This document shows, in pieces, positions 48,400 to 60,300 of a stretch of DNA of 64,000 nucleotides. The DNA lies in contig NIVC01002164.1 of NCBI GenBank assembly GCA_002269645.1, positions 124,001 to 188,000 of the forward strand, written 5' to 3'. This DNA is from Macrostomum lignano. Its lineage: Eukaryota. The notes beneath the pieces were generated by a model that was given only the letters and a program-made list of their open reading frames with translations, searched no databases and was not told the origin of the DNA. Each line of letters starts with the position of its first letter. Positions within the stretch are counted from its first letter, which is position 1. The translations under genes and the position numbers were made by a program.

Positions 48400-51300
48400 T
48401 CAGCTGGCTGAGCTCTGCTGCTGCACTGGCGCAATGGTGTTGGCCAGGCCGCCGTATTGGTACTTTGCTTTCTTCTCGCTCGGCTTCAGAATCTGTGGCG
48501 AGGTGAGGCAGACTAGCTATTCAAACTCAAGTGGTAACCCTTACTGATAATTCAACATCTGCATCGATGTGACCTCAGCATCCTCATCAACCAGACCTCA
48601 GCATCCTTCATCAACTAGAACTGAGCATCCTTCATCAACTAGACCTCAGCATCCTTCATCAACTTGACCTCAGCATCTTTCATCAACTTGACCTCAGCAT
48701 CTTTCATCAACTTGACCTCAGCATCCTTCATCAACTAGAACTGATCATCCTTCATCAACTAGAACTAAGCATCCTTCATCAACTAGAACTGAGCATCCTT
48801 CATCAACTAGACCTCAACATCCTTCATCAACTAGAACTGAGCATCCTTCATCAACTAGAACTGAGCATCCTTCATCAACTATACCTCAACATCCTTCATC
48901 AACTAGAACTGAGCATCCTTCATCAACTAGAACTGAGCATCCTTCATCAACTAGAACTGAGCATACTTCATCAACTAGAACTGAGCATCCTTCATCAACC
49001 AGACCTCAAGCTACAAACTAATCCCAATTAAAGCGAGCACAGGCACAGGTGAGCAAACCTGGAAGCTGCACATGAGAGTCTCATCAATGCTCATCATCCC
49101 GCCGGCGTTGTCAAATTCGCCGCAGTAGTTCGGCGCCGAGAACAGCGTGACGAGCTGGCGGCGAGCAAAGAATTCATAGCCGTCTTCCACTACCTGCATG
49201 TTTAGCGCAAAACAAGTTTGATTGACAGATGATGCAACAGGCAAAACAGCATGCAATCAATCAACTATCCAAATAATTAAAAATGGAAGATGCAGTGGCT
49301 CATTGGGGAATTGCTGAGATTCTGTGGCTCATTGGGGAATTGCTGAAATGCTGTGGCTCATTGGGGAATTGCTGAAATTCTGTGGCTCATTGGGGAATTG
49401 CTGAAATGCTGTGGCTCATTGGGGAATTGCTGAAATGCTGTGGCTCATTGGGGAATTGCTGAAATTCTGTGGCTCATTGGGGAATTGCTGAAATGCTGTG
49501 GCTCATTGGGGAATTGCTGAAATGCTGTGGCTCATTGGGGAATTGCTGAAATGCTGTGGCTCATTGGGGAATTGCTGAAATTCTGTGGCTCATTGGGGAA
49601 TTGCTGAAATGCTGTGGCTCATTGGGGAATTACTGAAATGCTGTGGCTCATTGGGGAATTGCTGAAATGCTGTGGCTCATTGGGGAATTGCTGAAATGCT
49701 GCATGGCTCATTGGGGAATTGCTGAGATGCTGTGGCTCATTGGGGAATTGTTGAAATGTTGTGGCTCATTGGGGGGAATTACTAATGAGGCGGCGTGTTG
49801 GTTTGCAGGGTCAGACTCTTGAGTTATTGATCTATATATTTTATTGAACCAATGAGCCAATGCCTTCTTACACCCGAAGTGTTCAGATGTACGTATTCAC
49901 TCTAAGCACTTTATTTATTTTATGCCTTCTGTGCGCGCACTGCACCAACCACCCCAATATTATCACTATCGTGTTTGCTATATATCGTTAGTTTTCTCTC
50001 GCTTTGAAATCGTGAAATACATTAGCATTTTGACCATGCATAATTAAGCTAGACTTGTTTCATTCAATCGACGACACGTCAATGGCGTCGCAAGCAGTTA
50101 GACAGAGCCAAGAGCTCAATTTGGAAGATGCAGAGATGGCTGAGGCTTGGATGCAACAGCTATCGGCGACAGCACGTATCAAGAAGCTCGCCGACTCCGA
50201 CGAGGCTCGCGACAAAACTGATTTGTTTCTGTCAAAGGCGGGACTCCAGGCGATTCGCACCTTGTCTCTCATGGCAGCGCCAAAAAATTGGAAGATTTAA
50301 AATTTGACAACATCAAAACCCTAGTCGACAGCACTATTCGCCCGAAGAAACGCCTCGTCATCGCGGAGCGCACCAAGTTCCTCAACATAAAACAAGAAGT
50401 GGGTGAGAGCGTCATGGTCTACTTCAGGAGACTGAGGGCTGCCGCATCTCTATGCGAGTTTGAGACGCTAGGAAGCAAGCAGTCAAAGGAGAACGATATG
50501 ATCGTCATGCGACTTATTGATGGTCTGATCTCAGCCGAGCACAAAAAGCGAATTCTCGAGCGGCTACAAGAGGGTGACCTGCTGCTTGACGGTATTCTGC
50601 AGAGCCTTCAACACTTGGAGCAGATCAGAGACTACAACGCTCCCACAACCGCGGACATTGCTTTCACCAGACAGCACAAAAATGTACCACCTTCAAAGGA
50701 AATGGCTAAATGTGGATTCTGTGGCACGAGTCACCCCAGAGGCAACTGTCCCGCGTTCGGAAAAAAGTGCAGCAAGTGTCAGAAGAAGAACCACTTTTCG
50801 GCTGTCTGCAGGTCTCGAGCTGTCCATCTGGAGACAACGGAAACCGATGAGGCGGAAATATACGCCCTTGGCCCTAACGCAGCAAAGACAGGCCTCTTCA
50901 AAACCATCAAGATCAACGGCTGTGGCGTACCAATGCAGATCGACACTGGAGCGGAGGTCAGCCTCATCCCGCAGAACCTCTGGAGACAACTGGGCCAACC
51001 GCCTCTGCGTAATTGCAAAAGGATTCTGCGGCAGTTTGACGGCTCGACCATTGCCTGTCTCGGCGAGTTCACTGCGTCGCTCGAGACCGACACGAGCTTC
51101 GTAACCGTTGATCTAGTCGTCACTGTCTCAGAAAAGAAGCATGGGCTGCTCGGAATGGATAACATAAAACTGCAAGAAGACTCCGTCACCATCAACAAGA
51201 TTCAGCAGCTGGGCTGTCTCAAAGGCTTTCAAGCTAAAATCAGGCTCGTGGAAGGAGCCAGACCGTTCTACTGCGCTGCTCGACCTGTGCCACTGCACCT

Positions 51301-54300
51301 CAAGGACCTGGTGGTGCACGAGCTGCAGCGGATGGAATCTGAAGGCATCATCGAGCCAGTCCCGGCGGGTGGCAGCCAGTGGGCGTCTCCAATAGTCAAC
51401 GTTCTGAAGCCCAATGGGAAGGTCCGAGTGTGCGCCGACTTCAAGGCCGGAGTGAACCACCAGATCTGCAATGACACCTACCCGATGCCAGAAATGGAGA
51501 CCATATTCTCAGAGATCGCGGGCATGACGCACTTCGCCAAACTCGACTTGTCAGACGCTTACCTGCAGATTGAACTCGAGGAAAATAGCCGAGAAGTAAC
51601 CACCATTGCAACACCACTAGGCCTCTACCGCTACAAGAGATTGGTTCCTGGTTTAAAATCAGCGTCATCAATTTTCCAAAAGGCCATGGAAACAATACTG
51701 GAGGACGTCAGCAGCAAAATAGTATACCAGGATGATATCCTTCTTGGTGCTAAGTCCGACTCCGAGCTCAATCAGAAGGTACAGCACGTACTGCAAGCCC
51801 TGGAGTCAGCCGGCATGACCATCAACCTGGACAAATCGAATCTAAAAGCAACAGAAATCTCATTCCTCGGCTACAAGATTAGCGCCGCTGGAATCACGCC
51901 GGACCCGGACCTGGTAGAAAAAATCCGCTCGGTAAAACCGCCCAAGGACAAAAAGCAGTTAGAATCTTTCCTAGGACTCGCGAACTTCTTTGGGAGGTTC
52001 ATCAGGAGCTACTCTGACATCGTCGAGCCGCTCAATCAGCTGCGAGCCCGAGCTGCTGAGTTCAACTGGGGTCCGGCTGCGCAATCAGCGTTCTCGCTCA
52101 TCAAGGACATTCTCAGCCGAGGACCGGTCATCAAACCGTACGACAAGCGCAAGGAAACGACGCTCACCACCGATGCCAGCGAGAAGGCGATCGGAGCGAT
52201 TCTGTCACAAGATGGTCACCCGATAATGTACTTCAGCAGGCGGCTGAGCAGCACCGAGACGCGCTACTCAAACATAGAGAGAGAGGCACTCGCAATCGTC
52301 TGGGCCATGGAGCGTGCTAAACAATTTCTGCTGGGATCGCGCTTTACACTAAGAACCGATCACCGCCCGCTGGAGTTCATCTTCGGCTCGAGACGCCAAC
52401 TGCCGAAAGTCGCAAATGCCAGGCTGCTTCGGTGGGCCATAAAACTAATGGCTTTCGACTACGATATCGTCTACACGAAAGGCGAGTCGATCCCGCAGGT
52501 CGATGCGCTGTCACGGCTAGACTTCGATGGTGACGGCTCCGAGAACCAGACTGAGCAGTGGCTGGAGAGCATTATCCACTGGACAGCGGAGGCTGTTATC
52601 CCATGGCAGGAACTCAAGGCCGAAACCCAGAGGGAGAGGCTGCTGATGGATGTCACAAAGCGAGTCGTCACTAACAGATGGTCGAACTGCTCTCCGGCTG
52701 AAAGACCGTTCAAAGCGGCCCGGAATGCTCTGATTGTCGAGGACGGAGTTCTCTGCTATGGCGACCGGGCGGTCATTCCGGCCGTCCTCCGGCAAAAAGT
52801 TCTTCGACTTGTGCACAACGACACGCATCAAGGGTCCGGCTCGACGCGCGCTCGCCTGCAGAACTCCGCCTGGTGGCCCGGCTACTGCAACGACGTGGAG
52901 GTCTTCATTCGCAACTGTCCAACCTGCTCGAGACTGCGGCCAAGCGGTTCGGCGGCTGTCCATCGGTGGCCGGAGGAGCAGGAGGCCTGGCACAGGGTAC
53001 ACATGGACCACGCAAACGTTCCAAAGGCCGGGCTGCTGCTAATTCTGGTCGACGCGATGTCCGGCTGGCCGGAGGCTGTACGAGTGCCTAACAGAGACGC
53101 GGCCACTGTCAAGCGAGTGCTGCAGTCCGTCTTCGCAAGAACCGGTGTGCCCCACGTGCTCGTCAGCGACAATGCAGCCGAGTTTCATGATGCCAATCTG
53201 CTCGCCTGGCTAGAGAGAATCGGCTGCCGCGCTGTAAAAACGCCACCGAGACATCCGCAATCCAACGGCTTGGCGGAGCGGATGGTCCAGTCCATCAAAA
53301 GAGCATCAGCAGCCTGGGATCAGCGATCAGAGCCCTACGACTCATTTCTGTCCAGGCTGCTCCTCAACTACAGATGCGTGCCGCACGCAGGCCGAATGCA
53401 GAGCCCGGCGCAGCTCATGGGTCGGCAGCTGCGCAACCCGATCACCATGCAGACCCCCATCGGAGCAAGCGTCTGGTACACACCCGGTGGCAAACAGGAG
53501 CAAGAGCAAGCCGAGTTCGTGGCACAGAAGGGCACAAACACGGCACTGATCGCTCGACACGGAGGTCAGGTCACCCTTGCTCACGCCGACCAGCTGAGTC
53601 CGGTCATTGAGCAGCCGACTAAGCCAGCCCAGCAGCAGCCAGACAATCCTATCGATCTCCGGACTGGCGAGCAGCTCGCCCAGCATCAGCCCGACGATCT
53701 CGATCAAGACCAGCCAAGCGGATTCGGCGAGCCCGCCAAGAGCCAGAGCGCCGCTACCCGGTGCGTGCGAACCGAGGCGTGCCGCCGGTTCGATTCGAGG
53801 GGGGGAGATGAGGCGGCGTGTTGGTTTGCAGGGTCAGACTCTTGAGTTATTGATCTATATATTTTATTGAACCAATGAGCCAATGCCTTCTTACACCCGA
53901 AGTGTTCAGATGTACGTATTCACTCTAAGCACTTTATTTATTTTATGCCTTCTGTGCGCGCACTGCACCAACCACCCCAATATTATCACTATCGTGTTTG
54001 CTATATATCGTTAGTTTTCTCTCGCTTTGAAATCGTGAAATACATTAGCATTTTGACCATGCATAATTAAGCTAGACTTGTTTCATTCAATCGACGACAC
54101 GTCAACTAAGATGCTGTGGCTCATTGGGGGGAATTACTGAGATGTCAAAGCTCATGGGGGGAATTTCTGAGATGCTGTGGCTCATGATGGGGGGGGGGGA
54201 ATTACTGAGATGTCAAGGCTCATGAGGGAATTGCTGAAGGCCTGTCTCACACATGAACTGCAAAGCTATCATCTGTGGCTAAGACTATCCGTCAGCTCGA

Positions 54301-57300
54301 AGACAACAGCGCTCACCTGGTGCGCCCTGCAGATGAGGTCCAAGTCGAATCTATTCAGAAACTTCGCCACCACATCGGCGCCGAACGTGAACGAGACGCC
54401 CCGGTCGTTCTCGCCCCAGCCCGTGACGTCTTTGTCCGGATCGGACCAGAGCAGGTCGCACAGCAGCCCCGTGTCCGGCACGTCTGTCGGCCGCATGATG
54501 CGACGAACCTCAAAGTAGGCAAAGAGTTTAAAAAAACTGAATTAGACTGGATGACAGCTTTAAAGCAACGCAGCTGTGCCCGTTTTCATGACCCGAGCAC
54601 ACACGGGGTGTACAGCGGCCCTGTGATGGCCCCTCAGGAGCGTGAATCGCATAATTTGACGCATAACCACAGAGCCAGCGCATACCTGTTCCAGGCTCTG
54701 CAGGTCGGGCGACAAGCCGCCGTGGCAGCAGAAGATTTTCTCGTCAATAACGGCAGCAATCGGCAGGCAGTTGAAGCAGTCTGTGAAGGTCTTCCACAGC
54801 CGGATGCTGAATCGCCGTTTGCACTCGTCATAAAAGCCGTAGATCCGGTTGATGCTGGCGCACTCGTGATTGCCGCGGAGTAGGAAGAAATTCTCGGGAA
54901 ATTTCACTTTGTAGGCCAGCAGCAAGCAGATGGTCTCCAGCGATTGGTGGCCGCGATCCACGTAGTCTCCGAGGAACAGGTAGTTGCTCTCCGGCGGGAA
55001 GCCGCCATACTCAAACAGGCGCAGCAGGTCCGTGTACTGGCCGTGGATGTCGCCGCATACCTTCAGCGGGGCTTCCAGCTCCAGCAGGATCGGCTGCTGC
55101 AGGAAAATCTCCCGACTGCGCAGGCAGAGAGCGCGGATCTCCTCCTCAGTCATCTGAACTGCCTTGCCAGGGCGGAAGCCGCGCACTGTGATGGATAGAG
55201 GGCGAGGGAGGCCTTCTGTAGCCCTGGCAGGAAATATGATTGTTATGGCAGTATGGGGCTGGCAGTGGCAGTGCCTGAGGATCTGGGGAGATGTGGCTCA
55301 GAGTCTGAGGATCTAGGAAGATTGTGGCCCAGTGGTTGAGGATTGGGAGATGGTGGCTTCAGGTGTGAGGATCTGGGAAGATGGTAGCCCAATCAATGTC
55401 TTAAGAATCTTAGAATACCCAATGGAAAACCAAAAAATAAAAATTAATTAAAAATTTAATACTTATAAAAATTTAGACATAATATTAGTATAACAATATA
55501 TATCAAGTAATATTAGTAAAATTAGTAAAACTCACTAAGCATAAAATTGCCAAAAAATACTTCAAATAGCATTCTTTAAGTGTGCATCCCATTTTGGCAA
55601 AGCTTTTTTACTTTTATTAATATAAATAGAGCCTACTATATTATATTAGATCTAGATATTAATATTATCTTTATAGCAGAAAAATATAAAGTAATAATCT
55701 ATAATAGATTAGCATTCTTTTATTAAAAAGTATCAATTCTCCTACCTTTAGAAAGTGCATTTGGTTCATTAAAATTTTACTTAAGCAAAGAAGAATAAAA
55801 CAAAATTATGATTCAAGCTATTCTATAACAAACAATGAAAAATATTTTTGGATGTTTATTATGATATTTTTTTATCAATTAACAAATCACATTTGATTAA
55901 AATTGTTTCTTTTCAATAAAACTTTATTATAGCAAATTATGTCAATAAACTTAAATGACTTTCATTAGAACTTTATTTATATGATAATTGACAAGTAAAT
56001 ATTATTAATGTCACAAAATTATTATTAGTATCAATCATAGATGTATAACACTACTTGATGGGAGTTGGATAAAATTTAATTCATGATAATATATAACAAA
56101 CAACCTTTAATTTTTGTATATAATATATACATTAGGCAATTCTAATGAATCTTTGTCTTTTTGCATTATGGATTCTAGAGGCATAAGACCAAGATGGCCA
56201 CAACATTGAATCTCTATTATATCTACTTTCTCTCTACCATTAATTAGCAACTTAATAGCTATTGTTATATTGATTATTATATAATGGGTTTAATCAATCA
56301 TATTTATAAATACTGCTACAAAAATAGATTTGAAACTAATTACCAATAATACAAAAACTTTAATAATTTTTTGGTGTTTATGCCAATTTATTCCCTATTA
56401 TTATATTTATCAAATCTATTACTATCAGTTTAACAAAAAACCATTGTTAATGGTAATGCTATGCAAAAAATAGAATAAATATGCAATAAAATTTTCTTTT
56501 GTACTAGGCTACTTGCTTTATTTAGCAGATAAATATCTATAGGTCAGGCTACAATAAAAAAATGCCTAAGGGAATGATTATAATGTAATATAGTTCTACA
56601 ATAGTATCTACCTCCTTAAGACTTGAAGATCTACGCCTAATACAAACTAATACCAATAGGAAATAAGTAAAATATATAGACCTAGGCTTATCATTCTCTA
56701 TTTAGACATTAAGAGCTATGGCCATCTTGGTGTGTGGCCATCTTGGTCCCCATTGGAGCAAATAGGGGTTTTTGTGGATAGCATCTGGAGCACTTGTGAA
56801 AAATTGCCTGTGTAGCAACTTAATGATGTTATGCACCTTATGCACGTAACATCAGTATAAGTATATAGATATATAACAAACAGTGCACCCTTGTGCCCCT
56901 GCACAAGCATTAGTGATGGATTGAAATTTGATTTCGATTTTCCAAATTTTGAACCTAATTTTGCATCAAAATAATTTCAATTTCAATTTTGAATTTTGAA
57001 ACTCATCATTTCAACTTTTAAAAAATTATTTTGAAATGTTGGTTATGTTTTAACAATTATGCATTCATGACCATGTTATACAAGTAAGAAAATCTGTAGG
57101 AAGTGAAAGGAAGCGTGGTTCAAAGACTCAGTGGGGAGGCAAGAATCGCCTTTTCTGCAAGAAAAGATTGCGCGGGGCACGTACATTGCTCCAGGTTTTG
57201 TGCTGCACTCACCTCAACCTTCATGGAAGCCCACTGGCTGAATTCATTGGCTGTAGAATTTAATTGGTTAAAGACTTTTAAAGACTTAATGAAATCGATA

Positions 57301-60300
57301 TATCTATATGTAGATCTCTAGTTCAAACAGTGTTGAATGATAATACACTTTCTATTAAGTATAATGTATAATATGAGCATACACCTGCTTTTTCTATTTT
57401 GTAAGTTTTTTAAGCAAGTAATTTCAAGTATTTAGGTTTAAACACCAAAGATATTAGAAAAACATGTAAGCTTGTGCATGCAATACAGATGCAAGTTGTT
57501 ACTTTTTTGCATAATTAGCAAAAATTCAAGTTTGTTTAACTTAAAAAAATTCTAATCCAATTTCATTTTCGATTTTGGTTCCAGAAAAACAAAAATTTCA
57601 ATTTTAATACAAAAAATAATTTTGATCCATCACTAACTAGCATCTTTGCCATATTGTGGAAGGTGTAGTATCTGCCAGAAAATCCTAGCATATAAATGCT
57701 TTAGCTGGCAAACATCTGGCATAAAAGTAAGAAATACAATATTCAAAAACAATCATTGGCTTACAATTCTTAACTATACTTGTTCAAGCTTTCGGTGCAA
57801 CATACAAAAGCATTAAAGTATATGACATCATTGTATAAATAATACTAAATAATATTTGCTATAAAGAGTTAATTTGCAAAATCATGACAAAAAAATAGAT
57901 TTTTAAACATATAATAAAACTTTCTTTAGTTTTTAGTAAGAAATATAACTTAATCAATAATAAGTTTAACATTTTAATTTTACTAATTCTTTTTTTCAAG
58001 TTATATAGGTTCTCAATTTTATTTTTTCTTATGGTAAATTATTTGCTACACCTAAGCTTGATTGTTGCATTGTTTTTATGATTGTTAATCACACATTTTT
58101 ATTGGCATCAATTTACTAAAATGCTTAATTGGCATACTTTATTGGCATACACTTTATCAGAAAGTCAGATACTTTCTGGCATACATATAACACAATCCAC
58201 AATATAGGCATCTTGTGTGCTTTATAAATTTATGTTTTATAATACATTTATATATACGATTTGCCACCTGATTGGAGTGATTGCATATTTGCACTCTTTT
58301 AAAACCAATTGCGCACCTGCCAGGATGGAATTCTTGCTTAGGGGTAGGAAAACGCTTGCGCACATTTTTGGAGCAGTGCGCAAGCACGCATGCCAACTAT
58401 AAAAAAGTCATAATGCAGATCATGGCGGGCCCATGCACTAAAAAATGAAATTTCTAGTTTTTCAATTCTTACGCCAATGTAAATTAAAAATTTGTACTTT
58501 AAGTGTAAATTAGCTTGAACACTGAAATATTCTTTAAAAATTATAAGTTTTACTAAACTTTAAAGTAACTTCCTATATACTAAAAATGAAATGTCTGTGT
58601 GTATGTGTGAGATAGATTCCAGAAAAAACGGCTCAACCGATTTTCTTCAAACTTGCACCATTCGATCAGAAATTTTCCTGGGACGGTACATGCATCTTGG
58701 CTAAGAAATAGCTCAATGTTAAAGGGATTAAATATTCGAAAAACATGCTTTTTTGCAAAGATCAAGCAGCTCTTTCGACCTGAAATGCATTGTAAGAATG
58801 CTAGAGAAAAAACTGACTGACTGAATTCCGATTGTGATAAAGATTGCATCACAACAAGTTGAAAACAGTGCCTAAGAAATGCACACACGACATGATTTAA
58901 ATTGCGTAACCATATTGCTAACTTGAAGTGAGACTGATACTGGCTGACTGAGAAATTGATTATGTCATAACTTTTCACTCCAATTGAGTTGCTGTAAGAA
59001 TTGAATTATAAGGGCCACAATTCATGTTCTCCAATTGAAAAGAGATAGCCCTGATGCGAACAGACTGAAATGCTAATGTAGCGACCTGGGTTCGAATCTT
59101 AGAAGCGGAAAATAATTTTTTTATTAAAACACCTTAAAAACAAAAAAACTGCTAAACATAAAAAAGCGCAATAGAAGAGCCACCATGTCAAACCTAAAGA
59201 AGCCACCATGTCGAATATTAAAGAACCACCATGTCGAACATAAAAGAGCCACCATATCGAACATAAAAGAGTTACCATGTTAAAAATTAAAGAGCCACCA
59301 TGTCGAACATTAAAGAGCCACCTTGTCAAACATAAAACAGCCACCATTTCGAAAATTAAAGAGCCACAATGTCAAACTTTAAAGAGCCACCATGTCGAAC
59401 ATAGAAGAGCCACCATGTCGAACATAAAACAGACACCATTAAGAACATTAAAGAGCCACCATTTCAAACCTAAAGGAGCCACCATGTCAAACATTAAAGA
59501 GCCACAATGTCAAACATTAAAGAGCCACCATTTCAAACCTAAAGGAGCCACCATGTCGAACATTAAAAAGCCACCATGTCGAACATAAAAGAGCCACCAT
59601 ATCGAACATAAAAGAGTTACCATGTCAAACATTAAAGAGCCACCATGTCGAACATTAAAGAGCCACCATGTCGAACATTCAATAGCCACCATGTCAAACA
59701 TTAAAGAGCCACCATGTCGAACATAGAAGAGCCACCATGTCGAACATAAAACAGACACCATTAAGAACATTAAAGAGCCACCATTTCAAACCTAAAGGAG
59801 CCACCATGTCGAACATTAAAGAGCCACAATGTCAAACATTAAAGAGCCACCATTTCAAACCTAAAGGAGCCACCATGTCGAACATTAAAAAGCCACCATG
59901 TCGAACATAAAAGAGCCACCATATCAAACATAAAAGAGTTACCATGTCAAACATTAAAGAGCCACCATGTTGAACATTTAAGAGCCACCATGTCGAACAT
60001 TCAATAGCCACCATGTCAAACATTAAAGAGCCACCATGTCAAACATTAAAGAGCCACCATGTCGAACATAAAAGAGCCACCATATCAAACATAAAAGAGT
60101 TACCATGTCAAACATTAAAGAGCCACCATGTCGAACAATAAAGAGCCACATTGTCAAGCATTAAAGACCCACCATTACAAACCTAAAAGAGCCACCATGT
60201 CAAACATTAAAGAGCCACCATGTCGAACATTAAAGAGCCACCTTGTCAAATATTAAAGAGCCACCATTTCAAACCTAAAGAAGCCACCATGTCGAACATA

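Larger units (their letters stand above)
49786..54104 (+). mobile_element. Full-length Ty3/Gypsy LTR retrotransposon (Mag-like, fused gag-pol), antisense to PP1
   Basis: 296-bp LTRs (49786-50081, 53809-54104; TG...CA) identical by eye, 5-bp TSD ACTAA (49781-49785, 54105-54109), PPT GAGGGGGGGAGA (53797-53808), TGG-starting PBS candidate at 50083. Confidence 0.97.

Noticed and set aside
59040-59105. GACCTGGGTTCGAATC tRNA T-loop/B-box-like motif
   Set aside because: There is no A-box or cloverleaf around it; at most a SINE remnant.
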